64,000 bases of DNA, taken from contig JAHRHZ010000107.1 of assembly GCA_024137785.1 (NCBI GenBank), positions 186,001-250,000 on the forward strand, read 5' to 3'. Of this stretch, positions 12,400 to 24,200 are shown in pieces (position 1 is the first letter of the stretch; each line of letters starts with the position of its first letter). The translations under genes and the position numbers were made by a program. The DNA comes from Ginglymostoma cirratum (taxonomy: Eukaryota). The notes under the pieces were generated by a model. The model was not told the origin of the DNA. It was given only the letters and a program-made list of their open reading frames with translations, and made no database searches.

Positions 12400-13405
12400 T
12401 GAACGTGAACACGTGTATACCATGATCTTGTCGGGAGTAAGGGAAGAAATTGCCGGCCCCTAGCAGAAATATTTCTATCATCTATAGTCATGGATGAGGG
12501 GTTGGAAGACTGGAGAATGGATAATATTGGGGCTTTATTTAAGAAAGGCGAAAAGTGGAAACCTGGGAGCGATAAACCTGTGAGCCTGAAATTGCTTGTG
12601 GGCAAGTTGTTGAAGGTGATTCTGACAAATGGGATTGACATGCACTTGTACAGGCAAAGACTGATTAGGGATCATCAGCATTGTTTTGTGCGAGTGAAAT
12701 CGTTGTTCACAAACCATTTGACTTTTTTTTGAGAAAGTAGCCATAAAGATTGATGAGGGCAGAAAGGTCGACGTCATTTACATGAACTTTCGTAAAACCT
12801 TTGACAAGGCTCTGCATAATAGACTAATTAGTAAAGTTTGACCACATAAGATTCAGGTTGAGCTTGCCGATTGCATGCAAATTTGGCTTGATGGTCGGAA
12901 ACAGAGATTGGTGGTGGTCAGCTGTTTTTCGGAGTGGAGGCCCGCAACCAGCAGTGTTACACAATGATCAATAGTCAGTCCATTTTTGTTTCCCATCTAT
13001 ATAAACGATTTGTTTGAGAATACAGGAGAAATGATAAGGAAGTTCGAAGATTACACCAAAAATGTTAGCATACTGGACAGTGAAGAAGACTTTCTCAGAT
13101 TATAAAGACATCTTGATCATTGGGTCAATGGGCTGAGGAGTGGCAGATGCAGCTTAATTTCTGAGGAGGAATATTTAAGGACTTCAGGGGCAATTATTTT
13201 ACACAGGGAGTGGTTTTTGTGTACAATGAATTACCACAGGCGGTTATGGATGCGGGTATAGTTATAATATTTAAAAGATACATGGATAAGTACATGAATA
13301 GGAAAGGTTTGTAGTGATATCGGTCAAGCACAGGCAAATGAAACGAGTTCAGATTGAGAAAAATTTTGGTGTGTACTATTCGGAGCGCATGGCCTATTTC
13401 CATGT
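12400..13405 (+). mobile_element. CR1 LINE fragment inserted between D segments
   Basis: ORF pieces LEDWRMDNIGALFKKG..PG..PVSL..VGKLL..QHCF, an RT YMxFxKxFDK-like motif, and a 3' tail tatgagtctatgact. Confidence 0.85.
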
Positions 13406-13466
13406 TGTATGAGTCTATGACTCTGTCACTCGCTGACCTGCGGCTTTTCCAGGAATGTACTTTGGA

Positions 13467-13511
13467 CGTTTTTGCATTGATCTGTGTGACTGTGTGACGG
13501 GTTGCACCATG
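13467..13511 (+). pseudogene. Candidate second D segment (decayed)
   Basis: CGTTTTTGC + 12 nt + GACTGTG (13488-13494), core TGACGGGTTG, weak 3' heptamer CACCATG. Confidence 0.5.
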
Positions 13512-13646
13512 TAAACGAATCATTTTACCCGTCGTACATACATCGTCCCAGCAACTCTTCATGCATATTCCTGTCTCCATGCCTAAGCACCTCATAATTA
13601 AATATTTCTTGCAACCACCAGGAACGTGCTGGTGCTTTAGAATGAC

Positions 13647-13721
13647 TTTATTGCTCATTTACGTGATTACTGTGTGAATTCTATTGTCAGATTCACACTG
13701 GAAAGTTCATAATTCTCCAAC
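13647..13721 (+). pseudogene. Candidate third D segment (decayed)
   Basis: TACTGTG (13668-13674) + 19 nt core + CACACTG (13694-13700); nonamers are poor. Confidence 0.5.
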
Positions 13722-13895
13722 ATTTGGTGTGGGACTAAGAATGCTAAATGTCTACTTGAAACTCAATATCAAGAGAAGGAATAGCACTATGTTTGCTGCA
13801 CCAGTTCAATAACATCCTGGAAGATCTGTAAGTTTTTCTGCAATAATTACAACATGGATTTCATGTCATGATGTGCCATGTTGTATACTTATCTC

Positions 13896-13929
13896 TACGG
13901 TGTTGATGCGATATGAATTGAGATTCCTG
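13896..13929 (+). pseudogene. Candidate J segment relic
   Basis: tacggtgttgatgcgatatgaattgagattcctg|gc is colinear with the VNAR J motif YGGGTVVTVNP-G. The donor reads GC, a nonamer-like AGTTTTTCT lies at 13831, and the position after the D segments is as expected. Confidence 0.4.
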
Positions 13930-14824
13930 GCAATTGAATTTAATTACAGATGCATCGGTCACGTTTTGTTGAAAATAATGAAGCATTGTTGTTTTGCTTG
14001 AAAGACTTTGAAGTGCAGAGTTCAAGAAACTATTATCTTTGAACTTACTTGAACTGCTGTATTTTTTTTCGTTAAAATTAAAGCATAATTTCCAGATTTG
14101 GATCTGGAATAAGATTTGTGAGTATTTAAATTCATTACTTAGTTTTGAACAACCCTGTTTAAAAATAAACGTTTACCAGCGTAGGATAACTAAAATAAAT
14201 ATTTGAACAGATTGAGAAAGCTTATATTGTTGCAACTCGACCAAACTGATGCAGTTCTTCCTGACAGAGGTCTTTCCGCACATTGCCCTGATGCAGTACG
14301 TTGGCATGGAAGAATTACTTAATTCAGTGTTTAAGAATTTTTTCAGAAAGCATTGTAGTTTTTAAAAAGGGCGTGTCATTTGAAATTCCTGTCGCTCTAA
14401 AAACATGCTTAACTGAGCGAAAAAAGTAACTGTTTCAGCAAAATTTGCATAAATCCTTTGAATGGTTCATTCATTTATAATTTAAGCCTTTGAATCTTGA
14501 CTAACGTTGAGCATGCCGAAGCAAGGGAGAAGCTGAATAATCGGGAATGAATTGAGACTCACTCATTAAAGCGAAATGAGTAATAAATTTTGTACTGTGT
14601 ACTATGTTGCGACAAGTTTTTGATAGCCATTAAATGAAAAAGTTACAAAAGATTTTTTTTCGATTCTAACCATAATGAAAAACATAGCCTGTCTCAAAAA
14701 TGGGCCTCTTGTATCAGTCAATCAATGAGAATGAAGAATTGAACACGTGATTTGTGCGAACGCGATTCCACCAGGGTCTCATTTCATGTGGTTGTCAGCA
14801 GCTGACTTCACGCGATGGACTGTG

Positions 14825-15137
14825 GAATTAGAATCCCTACAGTGTGGAAACAGGCCCTTTAGCCCAACAAGTCCACACCAAACCTTGGAGAATCCCAGCC
14901 ACACCCGTCCCCGTGTAACCTAATCTACACATCCCTGAACACTACAGGCAATTTAGCATGGCTAATCCACCTAACCTGCACATCTTTGAATTGTGGGGGG
15001 GAAACCGGAGCACCTAAAGGAAACCCATGCAGACATAGGGAGAATGCACAAACTCCACACAGGAAGTCATAGAGGCTAGAATTGAACCTGGGTCTCTGGT
15101 GCTAGGAGGCAGCAGTGCTAACCACTGAGCCACCATG
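14825..15137 (-). mobile_element. HE1-like tRNA-derived shark SINE
   Basis: Reverse complement of the 52861-53170 copy: CR1-like tail, central core, tRNA head ..aaccactgagccacc. Confidence 0.85.
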
Positions 15138-16973
15138 TAGTTTAACAAGAAGTCTTGTTACAGATCAATCAGTCTCCGTAATATTTATGTATGTGTGAAT
15201 CAAATTGCCCTGATGATGAGATTGTGTCCAAGGACAGGGTCTTTTGAGGCTTCATTAGTTGAATTGTTAGCCATGCATATTCATATGAAGCAGAAGTGAA
15301 ATAAACTGTTTCTTCGTTAGTTATAAAGAAACAGCTTATCTTCATAGGAATAGTAAGTCTTTGACCTACGGATTATACTCTTGTGATTTGTTATTTATTG
15401 ATTTAAGAAACAAACGGTCGATTTCGCTTTGAGTCTGTGTCTTTGTTGCAAAGACTACATATTCAAGCGTTATTTCAAACAGATTATCAGTGCTGCTGTG
15501 TACGATGAGGTTTTGCTATTGCTTTCCATTTGTCTTGCTGGGTAAGGCTACTTGTTGACGGAAGCATTTGGAGGTGTTTCAAAACACAAGCAGCAAGGGA
15601 AACGGACATAAGGGAAAATGTCTTGGACGCTTCTGAGCTAATGAAGGCGTGACTTTCATCTGTCACTTCCCTAAAATTGATTAAAGCTTTGGCAGTTTTG
15701 GTTTTACAAAGGAATGTAGAAAACACAGATTTTGCCGTCAGTGTTCCAATGCTCCTCTTTGGGTGCGGCATACATTTTCTCAAAGAAGGCAATCTGTCTT
15801 GCCACAAAAAAGGAGAACGTCCATTGCTTTGTCTTTAGCCTGATAGCAGAAATTCAGCAGACTGCATCAGCTAAATGTACTGGTTTTTTTTAGAAGAATA
15901 CTCAATTCAACTTATGTCACAAAAGAACATTTACGGTACAAATTCAATTTGTCCCTTGACATCTTGCAAGTTCCCTTTGTCCCTTCAGAATGATTTGGAT
16001 ATAATTTTTGATATATTGACAAATTATAGTTTCAACAGTATCATTTATTATTGTTTTTATTGTTATAGTTCCGTAATATTCAAGTTTTACCCAGTATATG
16101 GGTTGTGTACCCGAGAACTTATGCTATGTCGGGGAATTTATGTGGTAGTAGATATTCCAACACAGGCAGGAGTGAGAAAATAACTTCACGTTTATGTTTT
16201 TGGGAAGCACGGACAGGATTGATTGGAAATTGGTGAAGTCAGGCAGTCATTAGAAAAGCATTGCAGTAACGTTTATGCTTCTGGGATGTGTGCGTTAGAG
16301 GTGACTAATGTGTGTGCAAAAGTTTGCTTTGCAACTCAGTTCAGTTAATACAGAAAATGTGCGGCTGGGGAGAGGGGTGCGGAAGTAGACGCTCTTTCCA
16401 ATAAAATGGTACATAAGATGTATCAGGAATCTGCGATAATAAGGAAGCCAGAGTCTGTGGCTGTCTGCTGAGCCTGAGACAATAGCTTGGGAGGTAGTGA
16501 AATTGGTGATTAGAATTCCATTTGTTAAATTGATAAGAAAGATAATTCAAACTAACCAATGCCACCTGCTTTAATAGGATATCGCAGATCGAGTTGGACG
16601 AAGAATTGCTTGATGATCATTACAAAGAAATGTTCATTGTTAAGCTTGCATTCGAGTTGCTCTTTGTGTATTCACTGTTTCCTTCGTAACTGACACTAAC
16701 ACGATACCTTACATCTTAATAAAATGTACTAATCTGCCAGAATAAATTACTGGGTATTTCTGATTTGGCGCTATTGGTTCTGTATTGAAAATTTGATTGA
16801 GTTATTTGTTGGGGCATTGAAGAGTCGCTGTGGATCTCTCATTTGATGTTCGGTTTTCTTTAAAATATACATTCGTACGATGACTTTGTCAGTGGCTAGG
16901 CCAGCCTTTCTTGCTCATCCTTGGGTTCCCAGAGGCCACCAAAGAGTCAAACACATTGCTGTATGTCTTGGAC

Positions 16974-17070
16974 AACAAGCATGGGGCTGGATGAACACAG
17001 CAGGTCAAGCAGCATCATAGGAGCAGGAAAACTTGACGTTTCGGGCCTAAACCCTTCATCAGAAAAAAAA
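16974..17070 (-). mobile_element. Young Penelope terminal repeat bordering an assembly gap
   Basis: Near-identical to 49540-49621, 50022-50117 and 53829-53938. Confidence 0.85.
17032..17065 (-). ncRNA. Minimal type I hammerhead ribozyme motif with intact core
   Basis: Minus strand reads ttt-CTGATGA-a-GGG tttagg CCC-GAAA-CG-TC-aag. Confidence 0.65.
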
Positions 17071-17470
17071 NNNNNNNNNNNNNNNNNNNNNNNNNNNNNN
17101 NNNNNNNNNNNNNNNNNNNNNNNNNNNNNNNNNNNNNNNNNNNNNNNNNNNNNNNNNNNNNNNNNNNNNNNNNNNNNNNNNNNNNNNNNNNNNNNNNNNN
17201 NNNNNNNNNNNNNNNNNNNNNNNNNNNNNNNNNNNNNNNNNNNNNNNNNNNNNNNNNNNNNNNNNNNNNNNNNNNNNNNNNNNNNNNNNNNNNNNNNNNN
17301 NNNNNNNNNNNNNNNNNNNNNNNNNNNNNNNNNNNNNNNNNNNNNNNNNNNNNNNNNNNNNNNNNNNNNNNNNNNNNNNNNNNNNNNNNNNNNNNNNNNN
17401 NNNNNNNNNNNNNNNNNNNNNNNNNNNNNNNNNNNNNNNNNNNNNNNNNNNNNNNNNNNNNNNNNNNNNN
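17071..17470. other. Assembly gap (400 N)
   Basis: Run of N. Confidence 1.
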
Positions 17471-19328
17471 ACAAATTATACCCAACTTGTTTAGGGAAAC
17501 TTATTGCGTTGTAAAGACTTAAGCAAAGACGTGAAAAGGAATTTAGATTCTCGAGAGGAAGTAAAGGAAATTGTTTGTAATTGTACAAGCGGGATCTCAA
17601 TTTTGAGGTGGTTTGACGAAATAGCACAACTGTATCACCTGTCAGATGTAGAAGCTCTATCTACAGAGTTATCAGGAACTATGATGTGCTGTTTAGAAGT
17701 GCAGTAGAAGCATCTTGAGTGCTAACTTTCCAAGGAAAATTTTAGTTTACAACTGCTTGAAATCGCTTCGCTGCAAGATAAATTGTGAGTTATGAAGTTT
17801 GCAAGGTACCAGAGAAAAACAGGCAACAGGAATAATGGGATTATTTCTTCAAAGAACCGCGCACTGAAAGCAACATAGTTTTTTTTCTGTGCTGTATTAT
17901 TTTATGTTTCGATAATGTAAGACGTTAATTCGAACAGCTGAAGACTTTACATAGCAGGACAGCACCAGAACAGTCATGAGAATTAATAACGACATGGATG
18001 AAAGCTTCAGCCGGAGCAAGGGCCGAAGATTGGACATGTTACCAAGAATGGAAAATGACTTTGTGATTATGGGAGGAAGGAGAGAAAACATTTCCAATGG
18101 TTAAGTGTGATGTAGATTTTTTTTAGTTAAACTTGAGCAGTTATCAGTGGTCATGACCATTCTGATGCTGTCTGCATGGATTACACTAGGGCTAAATGCT
18201 TTTTTAAAAGTTGCTTCAAAATTCTGCTGCCTCGGATAGTCATGCAGTCCGTTTCGAAATAAATGATTTTTGGACTCTTTCAATGAAGGAAAATTTAAAG
18301 ATACGGTAAAATGATGTGGGATTTGCATAAGTACAATGTGAACAAATCTAATTGCACACATATCAGTAAACAACGGGCAATATATCAAAACCAACTGTCA
18401 AACACGAAGAGAGAGATTAAGTGAGAATTTTTACGTTGAAGAAAGTCGTTTCGTTTGTCAGCCCCCTCCAAAAATCGATAATGCTAGCCGAGTCACTTTC
18501 TTTTCATGAATATTGCCAAACATTTGTAAAACAAAGTTTGCAAAAAACACAGGGCAAGAAGGCTTGAAGATAAAATTGATTTTGCACATCTCCCTGGCTT
18601 CACAGTGAGTGTATGTCGAGAAATGAGTGAGACTAGTGCCTGATGCTCCTCACTATACCAGCATTGTGGCAAATAAAAAACACTTTCAGTGATGAAGGGT
18701 AGGTATTACCTAAGCTTCTCAAGTAATATAGTCAGATGATTGCTTTCTCTGCTGTTTTGTGTTCAAGCTCACTGATGCAGACTCTTAAAAAGTCAAAGTT
18801 CACCACTCCGTTTGGCTCCAATGTCACCCTTGAGGGAAAGAAATTAAATTACTGTATACACCAGAAAATAGGCTGGCGATTACTAAAATGTTCTATCTGC
18901 AAAGCTGCTTGAGGGAATGAATCATCCCAAGGTTCTTCATAGAATGGTTGCAAATGGAAATGTAACACAAGCTTCTTGAATCAGGTAGCCAATTTGTGTT
19001 ATATAAATTGGTAAACTTTAAAATAATACAGTATTTAAAAGAGTCAGAGTAAGTAGAAAACTAGAATTGTGAAAGACCCAAAACTCGAATGTGGAAGGCC
19101 TTGCAGCAATTGAAGCTGAAATTTATTAAACATTGAACAATGGTTCCTAGAACAGATGAGCTGATGGAGGAGTGAAATTGAATGCTGCGACTGATGCAAA
19201 ACATGAGTACTGCAAGTATCAGCGCCAAATCTGCAGTCAGAAGCTGTTACCAGAACGAAATACGGCACAAAAATTGTGAAGTCTGCTTTTGAATCAGGCA
19301 GTCAATGGGAAGAGTTTTGAAATCGCAG

Positions 19329-19697
19329 TTGGTGAAATACATCCTCCTAACGTTTACGTCCTGCCCCGATCCATGACAGAAATTAACGCTGAGAAGAAGG
19401 CTAACTTGGTGGATCGAGCCAACGGCTTTTACCCTGCTGAGATTTACTTTGGTTGGAAGGACAAAAATACACCTTTGAACTTTGAGTACAGGTGCCATGT
19501 GGAGATCAACCAGGGAAATGGTCCGAGCTCCATTATCAGTGCATTGAGGCTCACTGCAGCAGAGTGCAACTGTGGAAACAATTTGCTTCTGTTTAGTGCG
19601 ACACCCATCCCTTAGCAGAAATTTAATGAGGAGTATCAATATTTCACATGGCAACACAACATTTGTTCTAACGGACAGTTTCAAACCCTATTCATAA
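19329..19697 (+). pseudogene. IgNAR: IgNAR C5/secretory-tail exon, degenerate (cluster B)
   Basis: Acceptor cgcag ends at 19328. GEIHPPNVYVL..GFYPAEIYFGW..SALRLTAAE aligns without gaps to the C5 exon at 62263. First Cys lost; +1 frameshift near 19580, then CLVRHPSLSRNLMRSINISHGNTTFVLTDSFKPYS*. Internal TM donor reads GC at 19651; AATAAA at 19846. Confidence 0.92.
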
Positions 19698-22082
19698 TCT
19701 GAGATGTGTGTATTATAGTTTCCTATGTATGTGTTAAAACAATATCTAAGCAACTGAGTTGGATATGGATATTCTGAAAAGCTCAGTAGGGTTCAATGGC
19801 ATTGCTAGACGAAGATGGAATTCTTTTTGTGGCTTTGTTCAATGCAATAAATGAAGAAATACTTCCATACCCGAGATTTGCATGCATGTTACTTTGCAAA
19901 AATTACCTTACGTTTGATCCAAATGTATATATTATCTAGTGTGACATGTGAGCAACACAATACGTCCGGTGCCCAAAGCTTTACGTCGATTACAGTTGTT
20001 GTTAATCACTTGCTCCTTAGTGCAATAAAAAAAACAGATTCCACGTGTATGTTGATGAGACCTGGCTCTCTCTCAACATTCTCTAAATTGATACCACTGC
20101 TGCCTTCTGAATAATGCTTGTGCAGTAAATACTCGTGGACGAGCAGAAATTTCCAACGATTAAACAGTACAGCGACTACCAAAACTAATGTCTTATGTGC
20201 CTGCCAAAACGTCAGTTTCTCAATTACCTGATCCATCCTTCTCCCTGACCATTGTCCGAGGCTAAACCTGGATTCAGAGGCTTGGCATCCTAATCAAAAC
20301 TGAGCGATCTCCAAACACATATTGACTCCACCACTGTGACTCTCTGCTTGCCACTCTGAATTTCAATTGACTCTCACCTCCTCTTAGCTCCCCTGCTGCT
20401 GAAAATGTCACCCATTCCTTTGACGCCTTTCAATTTGACCATTACAGATCTCTCTTGGAATAACTCCAATATTATTGCACATTTAACCATATCCTTTTTC
20501 ATGCTTTTCGCCCTTCCACATTATTCATTTATGGTTTCTAAATTTGCAGCCAATAAAACTTTCAGTAAACTATCAGGACAGGCGGTGGTTTAATGGAGAT
20601 ATAACTGCAGTATTAATGCAGTCCCGCAGATTGGTGAACTAAATTGTAATTGTCCCACAGTTGCTGGTCGAATTGAAGGTCCGTTGACATGCCTGGAATT
20701 ACTTTTAGCAGTAGCGAGCATGACGCTCTGTTATAAAACACCACTGATTCATTGCAATTCCGGTTATTAAACAAAGTTTGATACGCCTTATACAGTTTGT
20801 ACGGCTATTTTATATCATTTCCCTGAAATAGTCTAGGGAGTGATTTAATTCATGGACAATTCGAGTTCGGCAAATAACGCTTGCGCCTCCATCTTTTGAA
20901 ACAGTAGAGAATAGAGACATTTTCGTAGTCCTGTCGTACTGGCCTCTTCTCCATCCTGCTTTTGTATTTTCTGATTGGCGGAAGTCAATGCCAAATGGAG
21001 TTACATTCACAAAAATAATTTTTTTTAAAAAATTCTATGCGGTTCCATGACTACAATGAACGTGCGAATTCAATCGTTGCCAAAGTCGTGGTGTTACATG
21101 CTCATGTCACACGGGACACCAGATCGTTGTTTAATCTGTATTGATGATACATCATATGCACAATTTCACGCTGGAACCTCTGCCACAGGTTAAGGAATTG
21201 ATTTACATGCTGCTGTCCAGGTCCATCCCTTCAGAAAATCCCACGTTGTGATTGGAGGAGATAACCATTGTTTCCATAAAAAGTCACAGCAGCAATCCGT
21301 TCCTGCAAGTGCCAGATTTTGCATGGGGGATTGTTGGTTAAGTGTCTCGAATACCATGATTTACTGAATGCAGTAAAAAGAAGGAATGCAAACAATTAGC
21401 TTGTTATAGATGAGATAATCTGTCATGTGAAGGAATCAGGCCAGAGAATTCACTAACCAACTTTGCACGATATATGCCTGACCAGCCGACAGTGACACAA
21501 GGATGGGAGAGGCCTTTTATGACAACAGTTAGTGCACTGTTCTATGTAACGTAGAGATGTTTATGCTGGCCATGTCACTGTGACTTTACGGAACATTGCC
21601 CTCTGAGATGTACTATCTGTCCATCCTGGAGGCTGTCTGCTCGATGGTCTTTCGTCCCTGCTAATGCTGGAGCAACCCTCTCTGATTGGAAGAAGTGCTG
21701 CTCTGTGACAAGTGGTGCAGATATCTTTGTTGGTGGCTGTTTTAGAATGGGGAAGCTTTGGTCGCACAAGATGTGTCAGCTATGCATGCAGAGGATGTTT
21801 CTCTGAGTGGGAGAAACGCAGATCACATATAAAATTAGTACTGTGTCTTACACGATGCGAACTCTACTCCTCTGACACAATAATTACTTTTGTTCATTAT
21901 TATGGCCATTGTGTCAATCAATATCAAGCTGGCAAAAGTAACAGCTAAGTTTTAATGATTGGTAGGTTCAACTACAATTATATCACCAAACCCGTGATTG
22001 CCGGGTTCATTTCATCAACACGACATTGTATTCTGCTTTCAACGTGAACACATTTATAACAAGAATCATCAATTCCATCCAG

Positions 22083-22389
22083 AAATCCCTGACGTGGAGG
22101 ATGACCCAGATGTCTATGAAGTAGAAGAAGATACTTTGGAAAGTTTTAATGACGATACCGACTTTGCATTAAAGGTTCTGAGGAAGGGTCACTGGACCCA
22201 AAACGTTAACTCTGTTTTTTTCCTTCACAGATGCTGCCAGAGCTGCTGAGCATTTCCAGAAACTTTGTTTTAGTTCCTGATTTACAGCATCCGCAGTTAT
22301 TTTGGTTTTTATTTTGAACTAATGTTGATCGTTTTCGACATCTGTTCACTCTCAGCATGAGGTACAACGCGTTTGTGACAACGCTGAAG
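22083..22389 (+). pseudogene. IgNAR: IgNAR TM1 exon, interrupted and degenerate (cluster B)
   Basis: EIPDVEDDPDVYEVEEDTLESFNDDTDFAL-[insertion]-MLIVFDI/LFTLSMRYNAFVTTLK. The upstream intron tttataacaa..tcatc..ag matches 61-90, the donor is mutated to CG, and the downstream intron at about 22765-22805 resembles 668-708. Confidence 0.88.
22173..22312 (+). mobile_element. Short Penelope-derived hammerhead element inside the TM1 exon
   Basis: CTGAGGA-a-GGGTC actg GACCC-aAAA-CGTT; decayed target duplication tttgcattaa (22163-22172) / tttgaactaa (22313-22322). Confidence 0.85.
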
Positions 22390-22992
22390 CGAAGAACCCA
22401 TTTCGGCGATACCATAGCATTGTGAAAATTTACAGGAAATTTGTATACGTAACAAAGATAAACATTTCTTGCGCCCCACATCATAAATGGGACATCATTA
22501 ATCGTTTACATGAGATTTACTGACAAGTTCAATAAGCCTATGCACATGATGTTTTAAAAGAATACTTGAGAGGGCATGTGACATATGAGAATTAAACTCT
22601 ACAATCGAGGGAGGTCATTGCCTTGCCTGTATATTGTGGTTATTGGAAGCACAGAAAATAGAAAACCGGTTTACAGTTATATTTGGGAATATTGAGCATA
22701 ATAAATCAAAAGCGAGACGAAGGACGAAGACAAACAGACGTTCCAAATACTCACGATGAATGTGAAGGAATGTGAAAAGCATTAACTGATGAAGGATTAC
22801 AGACATAGGAGATTATTTGCAAGTCGGCATCAGGCTATGTTTAGTCCGTGTCGGAATTAATTATACACATTGTAATTACATGTCTCCTAATAATACTGTG
22901 TGGCAAAAAAATATATCAATCACTGTTTTCACTTTTCTAATCAGTCACTAACTGCACAGGATTTGTGAGGAGGAGAATTTGAAATACAACTA

Positions 22993-23025
22993 TTCTTCAG
23001 GTGAATAAATATTCCCTGGCATTAC
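22993..23025 (+). pseudogene. Possible TM2/3'UTR relic of cluster B
   Basis: ttcttcag|GTGAAT followed by ttccctggcattac, a 14-mer identical to 3162-3175 in the cluster A TM2 3'UTR. Confidence 0.4.
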
Positions 23026-23219
23026 CCTCAACCGGCTGGTGCGAATTTTAGTTTTATTGTCACATTCTTCTGAGCTCCGTCAACATCATTAGAGTATAAA
23101 GTTTCTCTCCATAAATCGTCTGCATTTTGAATGACCTTGAACAGATCAATTCTATGGATAAATTCTTGAATTATGGAGTGTTACAGTTGCTTCCATGCAT
23201 TCGTCACAAAAAAGTTAGT

Positions 23220-24200
23220 ACTCAGATGTAGCACAATGTCAAGAAGGCCATGGGATCTTATCTTTTATTATGGGAAGAATTGACCAGAGCAGAAAGGGGT
23301 TTCTGCTTCACTTAAAATGAATATTGGTGAGGCTATGTCTCGAAGGCTATGTTGAATTTTTGTCTCTGTTTTTTGTTTAAGAAAGGAGGAATGTACATGC
23401 ATTAGATATTGTTCAGACAAGTTTAACTGGATTTACAGTTTAAATGAAAGAGCTGTTTTATGAAGGTATTCTAACAAACTCGGCTTAAATCTAATGACGT
23501 CCACAAAAGAGCGCAATGACTTTGCTTGGGTCGATAAGACCCTGAATACTCATGATAACAAAAATTCGAAGTTAGGTTTCTCATAAAAATGTGAGGTGAG
23601 GTACTTTGGAAGAAGTAGTGAGGCAAGAGATTACTCAATGAATAGTCGGACATAAGGAAGTTTTGATTGGGTATTTGCCCACAGAACTTTGAAGGCGGAA
23701 GGAGAGGTTGCTTTAAGAAATCTTAGCACAGATTATAAAACGAGGGAGATTATGTTGGAACTGTGGAAAACTTTTGTTCAGGCACAACTGGAGAACTGTG
23801 CGCATTACCAGTCAGCACATGATAGGAGTGACGGAACACCACTGAAAAAATATCTGAAAGAACTGCGAATGGTGGAAATCTGAGACAAAAGCAAAACAAA
23901 AAAAGCTGGAAAATCTCAGCACATCTGGCAGCATCACTGGACAGAAATCAAAGATAACGTTTAGGGTCCAGTGACTCTTCTTCGGAACCAGATCTGCATA
24001 GATTTTCCAGAAATTTCTGTTTTTGTTTGGAATTTCAGTTGTATGGCTGCAAGAAAGGCTCACCAGGATGTTGCCTGCATGGGAGCATTTTATCAATAAA
24101 TAGAGGCTGGAAAAGCTGTTTTCGTTAGCGCAGAGCAAGCTGAGTGAGAACCTTATTGCGATGTTGGAGATTATGATGGCCATGTGCACAAGGATAGTAG
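23220..24200 (+). mobile_element. Decayed CR1 3' fragments with a nested Penelope-derived element (about 23858-24040)
   Basis: YKTREIMLELWKTFVQAQLENCAHY matches the CR1 ORF2 C-terminus; the nested element has inverted halves. Confidence 0.65.

Noticed and set aside
16921-17627. Long ORFs crossing the N runs (also 49463-50119)
   Set aside because: Artefacts of translating assembly gaps
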